Assembly (NCBI GenBank): GCA_964480775.1 | Contig: CAYZRF010000016.1 | Span: 1-32,000 of the forward strand | Origin: an uncultured Nitrososphaerota archaeon | Lineage (GTDB): Archaea; Korarchaeota; Korarchaeia; Korarchaeales; Korarchaeaceae | Reading direction: 5' to 3' | DNA length: 32,000 nt | Notes under the pieces: model-generated | What the model was told of the DNA's origin: nothing | The model's input: only the letters and a program-made list of their open reading frames with translations | Databases searched by the model: none | Part shown: positions 24,770 through 32,000 of the stretch, piece by piece | Position numbering within the stretch: the stretch's first letter is position 1 | Layout: the number at the start of each line of letters is the position of its first letter | Position numbers and translations under genes: made by a program

Positions 24770-26341
24770 TTGAAAGAGTCTAAATGCGAGTCAACAAAAA
24801 GCGGCAGTTCACGGAACAAACTAAGTAGAGCGCTATTTATTCTACTACTACTTTTTATTTTCTTTTTTTCATTAGAAATAAAGGTAAAAAAGCCTTATAG
24901 GTTGGAAGAGCTGTCTATCGTTTGGTTAGAAGATGCTAAAACCATAGATCCAATCAAAGCCGAAGATCCACAATCCATAGAACTCGTTATAAATATTTAT
25001 GACAGACTCCTTCAATATGGGATTAAGAGTCGGGGAAATGTGCGATCTATAGATCCAGAAAATTTTGTGTCGTCTCTTGCTGAGAATTTTGAAGTTGCTG
25101 GAGGAGGAAAATGCTATACTTTTAAGCTGAGAAAGGATGTAAAGTTTCATGACGGTTCCCTTCTAACTTCAGAGGACGTCAAATTCTCCTTTGAAAGGTT
25201 ATCTTCAATGGATGAAAAGTTCGGGAGCATGGTAGAGAAAATTGAAACAATCGACTCATATACGATTAGAGTTGTGTTAAAAGCTCCGAATTCCCTTTTT
25301 CTCCATTATATCTGTAGCTACAAAGCAAGTATAGTGAAGAGTGGCTTTTCGGAGGAGATTAATTCAGGAAGTGGTCCCTATAAGATAGTTGAATGGATAA
25401 AAGGGGAAAAAATCGTTTTAGAAGCAGTAAAAGGCCATTTTTTAGATCCTAAGTTCGATAAGGTCATTATAAGAATTGTGAAGAGTACAAAGATTTTAGA
25501 GTCCATGCTAATTGGCGGAGAAGCTAGTGGCCCATCAATGATTCCTTTGGAGGATTTAGAAGTTATGAGAAAAAGTAAGAACCTAAAAACGATAGAAGCT
25601 CCAACTTTTGACGTAATACTCTTTGTTCTAAATTGCAATAAGAACCCCTTCAACAACTCAAAAGTTCGACAAGCAATGGTCTGGGCAGTTCCTACTGAAA
25701 GAATAAAAGAAGTTGTTTTTCATGACGCTGGAACTAATGCAAGAAGCGTAATACCGGAAAAATTGCCGGAGCACAACTCGACTTTTCAGAAGTACTCTTA
25801 CAATACTACAGAGGCTAAAAGGCTTATATTTCAATCCAAAACAAGATCAGAGATCGTCATCTCGATGACGGTTCCCTTGGGTGATCCTAAGCAAATCGAA
25901 GTAGGATCGCTCCTTCAGATAGCTACAGATTCCATTGGAGTGAGGCTGATCATATCTCAAGAGGAAGTTAGCGAGTATAAAGAGACTTTAAAGAGAGGAG
26001 AGTTTCAAATGGCTCTAATATGGAAGAGGAACCTATTCCCAGATTCTGCAGAAATTCTTAAAGAAATCTTCTTAAATGACTCAATTCAATATTCCTTTTA
26101 CTCAGATTCTAGGCTTAATGAGCTTATTATGGAGGCATTTCAGCTATCAGGTTCGGCAAGAAAGAGGGTTCTAACAGAAGCCCAAGCCATTATAGCCGAA
26201 GAAGTACCTGTAATCCCCGTTTTATATCCTGTAGATATTCTCTTGGCAAATAAAGCGATCGAAGGTTATGTACACTATCCAGATAAAGCCTTAAGATATT
26301 GGGAGCTATATCGGAGCAATACAAATGGAAGTAAAAATTAA
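24770..26341 (+). CDS. ABC substrate-binding protein, family 5 (Opp/Dpp/Nik type), N-terminal TM anchor
   Basis: LDPIKAEDPQSIELVINIYDRLLQY, YTFKLRKDVKFHDGSLLTSEDVKFSFERL and GSGPYKIVEWIKGEKIVLEA are typical SBP_bac_5 blocks. The TTG start is 2 nt after the livM stop. Confidence 0.85.
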   Translation: MKESKCESTKSGSSRNKLSRALFILLLLFIFFFSLEIKVKKPYRLEELSIVWLEDAKTIDPIKAEDPQSIELVINIYDRLLQYGIKSRGNVRSIDPENFVSSLAENFEVAGGGKCYTFKLRKDVKFHDGSLLTSEDVKFSFERLSSMDEKFGSMVEKIETIDSYTIRVVLKAPNSLFLHYICSYKASIVKSGFSEEINSGSGPYKIVEWIKGEKIVLEAVKGHFLDPKFDKVIIRIVKSTKILESMLIGGEASGPSMIPLEDLEVMRKSKNLKTIEAPTFDVILFVLNCNKNPFNNSKVRQAMVWAVPTERIKEVVFHDAGTNARSVIPEKLPEHNSTFQKYSYNTTEAKRLIFQSKTRSEIVISMTVPLGDPKQIEVGSLLQIATDSIGVRLIISQEEVSEYKETLKRGEFQMALIWKRNLFPDSAEILKEIFLNDSIQYSFYSDSRLNELIMEAFQLSGSARKRVLTEAQAIIAEEVPVIPVLYPVDILLANKAIEGYVHYPDKALRYWELYRSNTNGSKN

Positions 26342-26361
26342 GGATGGAAAGATAAAAATTG

Positions 26362-27537
26362 TTAAAGGGTAAAGTCTTCTGCAACCTCGCATTTTACCGT
26401 CCTAATCAGTATTCCCTCGTCTCTAAGCATCTTGACTATTTCTCTAAAGGTTTCTTTCCTTGTGCCAAGCTCCTCCGTAGTCACCATACCTGCGTCCTTT
26501 ATCTTGCCTGAAGCTATTAAGCGAGCTACTATGGAAGCTGTGTAGGCTGTTGTTCTACCCATGGCAGTTACTTTTTTCTCCCTATCGTAAAAATCAACGA
26601 GCTCGAATACTTGTCGTTCTTCTTTTTCTTCCCCTTCAACTACCACCTTCAGGATCATTAGATCCTCTTCGTCTCCGAGCCTGAGCTTTGGCCCTAAAAT
26701 CGCGTTTACAAATTCTCTTGGCGTCATTTCCACTCCTTTGAATTTAATGGGTTCCTTACTAAGCAGTCCACATTCAATCAAGCCCTTTACTCTTTCAATG
26801 TGCCCAGGATACCTTAAAGTCTTCTCAAACATGTCTTTTATGCCCTTAAAACGCTTATCCTCCATAAAAGTGAAGGTTAGGCTTGCGAGACCATCCGTGA
26901 GGAAAGCCTCTAGCTCACCAACACCATCTACATATACTGACTCAATCTCTGTTAAGGGTTCAACTTCTTGCAACTTGCCATCCTTTATCAATCTCACCTT
27001 TCTTGTGTAGACATTCCACACACTGTTAATGTGAAAGAGAATTTTATAATAGAGAGGGGGCTTTGGAACCCTTGGTAAGCCTCCACAGTAAATCTTGACA
27101 CTTCTTGCGTTCTTAACGTTGACTACACCATATCCAGCAAGCATGTTGCCTATGCCTGGGTCTACACCGCATCCAGTAATCATCGTAACTCCCATTTCTT
27201 TTGCCCTACTTCTCAATTTCATCTGGTCTCTCTCAAATGCCATGTCGACGATGTTGACTCCTGCCTCTATCTCTACTTTAATAGCTGGAACGCTGACTTC
27301 ATGTGGAACTGCATTTATGACGACGTCAAAGTGGTTTTCCTTAAAGTACTTAGTGGCCTCATCTTGATTCAGGATATTAATTAATACCGTCTCCAGCCCT
27401 GGATCTTTGACGTATTCCTTGCAGTATTTCAGACTCTTCTCATCATTTGATCCCACAGTGACTTCCATACCTTTTTCAACTAAGTACTTGGCTGCTACCG
27501 ACCCCATTAGTCCCGACCCAAGAATGAAAAACCTCAT
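26362..27537 (-). CDS. Saccharopine-dehydrogenase-family NAD(P) oxidoreductase (lysine dehydrogenase / saccharopine reductase-like)
   Basis: N-terminal Rossmann MRFFILGSGLMGSVAAKYL, then DVVINAVPHEV, GCGVDPGIGNMLAGY and a C-terminal Sacchrp_dh_C-like region. 391 aa. Confidence 0.8.
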   Translation of the reverse strand: MRFFILGSGLMGSVAAKYLVEKGMEVTVGSNDEKSLKYCKEYVKDPGLETVLINILNQDEATKYFKENHFDVVINAVPHEVSVPAIKVEIEAGVNIVDMAFERDQMKLRSRAKEMGVTMITGCGVDPGIGNMLAGYGVVNVKNARSVKIYCGGLPRVPKPPLYYKILFHINSVWNVYTRKVRLIKDGKLQEVEPLTEIESVYVDGVGELEAFLTDGLASLTFTFMEDKRFKGIKDMFEKTLRYPGHIERVKGLIECGLLSKEPIKFKGVEMTPREFVNAILGPKLRLGDEEDLMILKVVVEGEEKEERQVFELVDFYDREKKVTAMGRTTAYTASIVARLIASGKIKDAGMVTTEELGTRKETFREIVKMLRDEGILIRTVKCEVAEDFTL

Positions 27538-27852
27538 ACGACACGCCTAAGGCTTTTATAAGGTAAAAAATAAAAAATTACAGCTAGAAATAATCAGCAA
27601 AACTGTTTGACAAAACGCTATTTGTTATCTTAATAAACTAAAATTGGCGTAACAATGTTAATGGTGCTTTTTCTGCTCATTATATTATAAAAAGATTTAT
27701 CTAATGTCGAAGCTTGGATAGAAAAAGAGAAAAAACAGAATTTCACTTTATGATTTCAAAAGGAAAGTTCACTCTTTGTTATCCTTGAATCAACGAAAGT
27801 GCATACGTTTTCTGAAAGATCATGGAGCTGAAGTTATTTTGATTGTGTTAAT

Positions 27853-27886
27853 GTTAAACAAAACTTCGTGGTCGAGTGTGTTTAAC
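27853..27886. repeat. Inverted repeat GTTAAACA-N18-TGTTTAAC inside the 491-bp AT-rich intergenic region
   Basis: Perfect 8-bp arms read directly from the sequence. Confidence 0.6.
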
Positions 27887-28028
27887 CAAAAGGGCTAGGT
27901 CCATGTGATAATGGCTTTTTTGAAGCGTATAGTCAAGTTAAATTTCTTTTATCCAATCTACGATTTTTTCATAATAAAGTAAGGACGATTTTTAATGGAA
28001 GAAAAAGTAATAAAGAAGGTCTCTGTAA

Positions 28029-29822
28029 TTGTTCCCACTTAGAAACTCTAAGGTGAGGAGCATATTGAGATGCATTAAAAAAAATTGTAGAATAATCTTG
28101 ACCGCTCTTCTATCTGTTCTTATAATCTTTCCAGCAATTAGCACATTAAAGGAGACTCAAGCCCAAAATGAGGTCGTAGTTCATCTAAACCTAAAGTTCG
28201 ATATGGACACCCTTAATCCATTTGTTTATAGCTCCTACACAGCTGGTACTGTGCTAAGGAAAATATACGAGTCCATGTTCATCATGTCAAGAAACGGTTC
28301 TTACATACCTTGGCTTGCAGAGAGGTGGGAGATCTCTGAGGATGCTAAAACTTATACCTTCTACTTAAGGAAAGGCATTAAGTGGCACGATGGTCATCCC
28401 TTCACTTCGGCGGATGTAGCTTATACATTCCAGCTTTGTATAGACTACAACTTCCATCCGGAGGTCACGAAAAACATTGTGAAGATCGAAACTCCGGATG
28501 AATATACAGTAAGATTCACCTTGAATGAAAGCTTGGTCACCTTCATTTGGCGTGCAGGTACCCTAATGATAGCTCCTAAGCACATATGGGAGAAGATAGA
28601 AGAACCAGATAAGTACGATAATCCAAACCCGATAGGAACTGGTCCTTTCAAGTTTGTTGAGTGGGTTACAGAGCAGCACGTAATTTTAGAGAAGAACCCA
28701 GACTACTGGCAGGAAGGCAAGCCACATATAGACAAGATCGTATACCATGTGATGCCAAATGTAGAAGCAGCAATTATGGCTCTAAAGGCTGGAGAGCTTG
28801 ATGTAGTTGAGAACGTCATGCCAAATATGCTTGGAGCATTAGTGGGAATACCAAACGTTTCCGTGTACATGTCTCCTGTGATAAACAACAGATGGCTTGG
28901 TTTCAACCTGAGAAGGTATCCCATGAATTTACGTTTATTCAGAAAGGCCGTAAGCATTGCTATAGATAAAAAAGCAATCTTGTCCGATGTTCTGTATAAC
29001 GTGGGCTTCTTAGGTTCCGACGGCTTCGTCATGCCCGTGCTGAAGTATTGGTATAATCCCAAAGCAGCGTGGAAAGGAGCAAATATGACAGACGAGGAGA
29101 GAATTGCTTTAGCCAACCAGTGGTTAGATGCAATTGGCTCAACGGTAGGCGAAGATGGAGTAAGGGTCATGCCCAATGGAACTAGGCTCGAGTTTGACCT
29201 TCTTACTTTGGGAGACTACCCGACATTTGTTAGAAGTGCAGAAATAATAAAAGAAAGCTTAGAAAAGGTTGGAATAAAGATAAACGTCGTTCCTCTCGAG
29301 ACTGGAACGGTCATAGATATGGTGTATTACTCGAACTTTGACTTCGACATGTTTATGATGGGTTGCTCATACGCACCAGACCCAGATTTCTTATGGCTTG
29401 AGTTCTATGCAAGTCCACCAAATCCTGCTTGGGAGGCAGAGTGCGAAAATTACAAGAATGAGACGCTAGACTACTATCTTGATCTTCAGAGGAAAACTGC
29501 TGACATGGAGAAACGCAGGGAGTACATATTCAAGTGCCAAGAAATATTGGCCGACGATGTTCCAGTCGTTGTGTTATGGCACAAGACCTATATAGATGCC
29601 TACAGGACTGACAGGTTCACTGGCTGGATACCAGAAGAGGGAATAATGGGAATCTTGACATTGATAAACTTAGAACCAATCAAACCTCCTGAGACCCCGG
29701 CTCCAACAAGCCCAACGCCCACTCCAGCTCCAGCCAAAGTTCCAGGATGGGTCTACGGTGTAGTAATCGTAGCTGCCATTGCGGTCATCGCTTCCTTAGC
29801 CTATGCCTTCTCGAAGAAGTAA
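28029..29822 (+). CDS. ABC substrate-binding protein, family 5 (Opp/Dpp type) with N-terminal signal peptide and C-terminal Pro/Thr linker + TM anchor
   Basis: TYTFYLRKGIKWHDGHPFTSADVAYTF, GTGPFKFVEWVTEQHVILEKNPDYW and the C-terminus PPETPAPTSPTPTPAPAKVPGWVYGVVIVAAIAVIASLAYAFSKK. The likely true start is the in-frame TTG at 28065 (or GTG at 28053), behind AGGTGAGGAG at 28051-28060. That start gives MRCIKKNCRIILTALLSVLIIFPAISTLKETQA. Confidence 0.88.
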   Translation: MFPLRNSKVRSILRCIKKNCRIILTALLSVLIIFPAISTLKETQAQNEVVVHLNLKFDMDTLNPFVYSSYTAGTVLRKIYESMFIMSRNGSYIPWLAERWEISEDAKTYTFYLRKGIKWHDGHPFTSADVAYTFQLCIDYNFHPEVTKNIVKIETPDEYTVRFTLNESLVTFIWRAGTLMIAPKHIWEKIEEPDKYDNPNPIGTGPFKFVEWVTEQHVILEKNPDYWQEGKPHIDKIVYHVMPNVEAAIMALKAGELDVVENVMPNMLGALVGIPNVSVYMSPVINNRWLGFNLRRYPMNLRLFRKAVSIAIDKKAILSDVLYNVGFLGSDGFVMPVLKYWYNPKAAWKGANMTDEERIALANQWLDAIGSTVGEDGVRVMPNGTRLEFDLLTLGDYPTFVRSAEIIKESLEKVGIKINVVPLETGTVIDMVYYSNFDFDMFMMGCSYAPDPDFLWLEFYASPPNPAWEAECENYKNETLDYYLDLQRKTADMEKRREYIFKCQEILADDVPVVVLWHKTYIDAYRTDRFTGWIPEEGIMGILTLINLEPIKPPETPAPTSPTPTPAPAKVPGWVYGVVIVAAIAVIASLAYAFSKK

Positions 29823-29853
29823 GGAAGGTTTTTCCCTTCCCTTCTCTTTTTTT
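29823..29853 (+). terminator. Hairpin (GGAAGG/CCTTCC) followed by T7 between binding-protein gene and permease genes; probable partial terminator/attenuator
   Basis: Stem at 29823-29828 / 29835-29840, loop TTTTTC, T run at 29847-29853. It lies directly after the stop at 29822 and before the SD of the permease gene. Confidence 0.45.
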
Positions 29854-29867
29854 GAGGTGGTGATTGT

Positions 29868-30842
29868 TTGGAGTTTCGGGAATACGTAATTAAAAAATCA
29901 ATTTTTAGTTTGATTACGTTTCTATTCGTTTTGATCTTCAATTTTGCCCTTCCAAGAATGATGCCAGGAGATCCCCTTTCTCATTTCATGAGTTCTGCCA
30001 GGCTTACCCCGGAAATGCAGGAGATGGTGATAAAGAGATTTGGTCTAGATAGACCCCTTTGGGATCAGTTTAAGATCTACATTAGGAATGTATTTAGGGG
30101 AGATTTTGGCGTTTCTTATTCATTCTATCCTCAGACTGTTATGGAAGTAATAATGAAGAGATTGCCATGGACCCTGGCCCTTCTACTAATCTCAACCACA
30201 ATTTCCACAATTCTTGGTGTTTTGACTGGGATAGTCGCTGCTTGGAAGAGGGGTAGCAAACTCGATGTGGGAATCCTTCTCTTTTCCCTAACTTTCTGGT
30301 CGATGCCTTACTATTGGTGGGCAATGATGCTTCTGTTAATTTTTGGTTTGCATTTAGGATGGTTCCCGCTCGGCGGAGCGATGACAGCTGGCTTATCCCA
30401 TCCTACCTTTTTCAGTTTCTTAAAAGATTATCTCAGACATGCTGCACTTCCCATCTTTGCGTTAGTAGTAGCGAGCTATGCGAGTAGGACTCTCATAATG
30501 AGAAACACCATGATAACAGTATTAGGCGAAGATTACATTTTGGTAGCTGAGGCAAAGGGTCTGCCTGAAAAGAGAATAATGTTTAGTCATGCAGCTAGAA
30601 ACGCGATGTTGCCCATTATAACCATGATTGCCCTTAATTTTGCATTTATAGTTGGGGGCGCCGTTTTCACTGAGACGGTTTTTTCGTATCCTGGTGTTGG
30701 GAGAGCAATATATCAAGCAATACTCCACAGAGACTATCCTTTACTGCAAGGCGCGTTTTTCATACTTTCAATCACGGTTATACTGGCCAATTTCATAGCA
30801 GATCTACTTTATGCCAAATTGGACCCGAGAATTAAGTATTAG
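29868..30842 (+). CDS. Opp/Dpp-type ABC permease (OppB/DppB family)
   Basis: YVIKKSIFSLITFLFVLIFNFALPRMMPGDP is the N-terminal OppB signature. The EAA-loop region is YILVAEAKGLPEKRIMFSHAARNAMLP. The TTG start is preceded by GAGGTGGTGAT (29854-29864). Confidence 0.92.
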   Translation: MEFREYVIKKSIFSLITFLFVLIFNFALPRMMPGDPLSHFMSSARLTPEMQEMVIKRFGLDRPLWDQFKIYIRNVFRGDFGVSYSFYPQTVMEVIMKRLPWTLALLLISTTISTILGVLTGIVAAWKRGSKLDVGILLFSLTFWSMPYYWWAMMLLLIFGLHLGWFPLGGAMTAGLSHPTFFSFLKDYLRHAALPIFALVVASYASRTLIMRNTMITVLGEDYILVAEAKGLPEKRIMFSHAARNAMLPIITMIALNFAFIVGGAVFTETVFSYPGVGRAIYQAILHRDYPLLQGAFFILSITVILANFIADLLYAKLDPRIKY

Positions 30843-30854
30843 GAAGGGAGGACC

Positions 30855-31781
30855 ATGAGCCTCGTTTCTACCCAATTGAAGAAGGCAGAAAGCATGGAGA
30901 TAAGCCCCTTTAAGGAAAAGCTACATCTTTTTGGGAGATCCATCAAGGAATTTTGGAACCTTTATAGGAGGAGTAAAATAGGGTTGATAGGCCTCGGAAT
31001 GCTTCTATTCTTTGTAGTAGTTGCACTGACGGCCCCTCTAATATCCCCTTATGACCCTTGGCAAAGAAAAACAGGAGAACCGTTCTCAGGGCCAAGTAAA
31101 GAGCATCCATTAGGGACAGATGACATGGGAAGGGACATCTTAAGCCAAATAATTTGGGGAACAAGGATATCCTTGCTTGTTGGTTTCATTGCATCTCTGA
31201 GTGCAACGTTAATTGGCGTAACGGTGGGCATGATCTCAGGATATTTCGGCGGGACCATAGATAACATTCTAATGGGGCTCACAGACATAATCTTGATACT
31301 CCCAACGATTCCTTTAATGATTGTAATCGCAGCATATCTCGGCCAAAGCATATGGAACTTAGCTTTAGTTATTGCAATAGTGAGTTGGCCCAGCACAGCA
31401 AGAATAGTGAGGTCCCAAACTCTCTCCTTGAAAGAAGAGGCTTTCGTTGAAGCTGCAAGGTCCATAGGTGCTGGACACATACGAATAATCGTAAGCCACA
31501 TCCTACCTAACGTGCTCCCCATAATACTAGCTAACACCGTTCTCATGATAGTAGGTGCTATAATCTCTGAAGCTGGCCTGAGCTTCCTTGGACTAGGTGA
31601 TCCAACCCACCAGAGCTGGGGGATGATTCTTTACTATGCTCAGGTTGCAGGAGGTTTCATAAGGGGTGCTTGGTGGTGGATTGTGACGCCTGGAGTATGC
31701 ATAACGCTGGTTGGGGTTAGCCTTACTTTCATCGGATACGCTCTCGACGAGATAATTAATCCAAGATTAAGACAGAGGTGA
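30855..31781 (+). CDS. Opp/Dpp-type ABC permease (OppC/DppC family)
   Basis: [42 protein letters not shown] and SWGMIL. GGGAGG lies upstream of the ATG. Confidence 0.92.
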   Translation: MSLVSTQLKKAESMEISPFKEKLHLFGRSIKEFWNLYRRSKIGLIGLGMLLFFVVVALTAPLISPYDPWQRKTGEPFSGPSKEHPLGTDDMGRDILSQIIWGTRISLLVGFIASLSATLIGVTVGMISGYFGGTIDNILMGLTDIILILPTIPLMIVIAAYLGQSIWNLALVIAIVSWPSTARIVRSQTLSLKEEAFVEAARSIGAGHIRIIVSHILPNVLPIILANTVLMIVGAIISEAGLSFLGLGDPTHQSWGMILYYAQVAGGFIRGAWWWIVTPGVCITLVGVSLTFIGYALDEIINPRLRQR

Positions 31782-32000
31782 AGAACTTGTCATTACTTGA
31801 AGTTAACAACTTGAAGACCTACTTCTACACTCTTAGAGGAGTTGTAAGGGCTGTTGATGGGATTAGCTTCCACATAGATGAAGGTATGGCTTTTGGTCTT
31901 GCAGGTGAGTCTGGATGCGGTAAATCTACAACAGCTCTGTCAATAATGGGCCTAATAAAAGATCCTGGAAAGATTGTGGATGGAGAAATAGTCTTTGAGG
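31778..32000 (+). CDS. Opp/Dpp-type ABC ATPase (OppD/DppD family), N-terminal fragment (3' end cut by window edge)
   Basis: [11 protein letters not shown]...VRAVDGISF...[12 protein letters not shown] (Walker A). The start is either GTG at 31778 (GTGA overlap with the upstream stop) or TTG at 31787. Confidence 0.85.
   Translation, partial: MKNLSLLEVNNLKTYFYTLRGVVRAVDGISFHIDEGMAFGLAGESGCGKSTTALSIMGLIKDPGKIVDGEIVFE

Noticed and set aside
28703-29176. 157-aa antisense ORF inside the opp binding-protein gene (similarly 31049-31546 inside the OppC-type gene and 1300-1655 inside pmbA)
   Set aside because: All are shadow ORFs opposite strongly supported genes and show no motifs or plausible start context.
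1-32000. Searched by eye for CRISPR repeats, tRNA/rRNA genes, IS/transposase/integrase genes, toxin-antitoxin pairs, restriction-modification or other defence genes, and long direct repeats
   Set aside because: None found. Every ORF over 140 aa that is not antisense to a better-supported gene is assigned above. The Pro/Thr-linker DNA segments at about 7930-8000 and 29685-29740 are compositionally similar but are not repeats of each other.

Overview
The window is a contiguous, gene-dense stretch (28 protein-coding genes, both ends truncated) that looks like chromosome from a thermophilic archaeon. The indications are an archaeal-type Elp3, TATA-like A/T boxes about 26-30 nt upstream of many start codons (leaderless or short-leader transcripts mixed with GGAGG/GGTGA Shine-Dalgarno sites), transmembrane-anchored ABC binding proteins with Pro/Thr linkers, AGA/AGG-rich Arg usage, and Glu/Lys/Ile-rich proteins. 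My hand spot counts give about 42% GC in coding sequence and about 30% in the largest intergenic region. From left to right the content is:
- tldD/pmbA protease pair
- trm9-like methyltransferase + elp3 tRNA-modification operon
- rhomboid protease
- small sulfite-oxidase-like Mo-domain protein
- M24-fold protein with degenerate metal ligands
- three-gene operon of membrane PT-linker protein, DUF4139-like protein and LLM oxidoreductase
- HicB-like/DinB fusion
- DUF3795 Cys-rich protein
- run of amide-bond hydrolases (D-aminoacylase, M20 deacylase, two more amidohydrolases) interleaved with dapF
- divergently split Liv/HAAT-type ABC importer with an extra family-5 binding protein coupled to livM
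- saccharopine/lysine-dehydrogenase-family gene
- Opp/Dpp-type ABC importer running off the 3' edge

I found no rRNA, tRNA, CRISPR array, transposase/integrase, recognisable defence genes or recognisable transcription factor. All functional calls rest on motif-level recognition by eye, with no database search. I do not see a clear-cut, self-contained novel system. The most defensible candidates for follow-up are:
- the hydrolase/DAP/transporter island at 12.5-32 kb, as possible D-amino-acid or peptide salvage
- the chimeric liv operon
- the uncharacterised 7.8-11.2 kb operon
- two hydrolases with substituted catalytic residues
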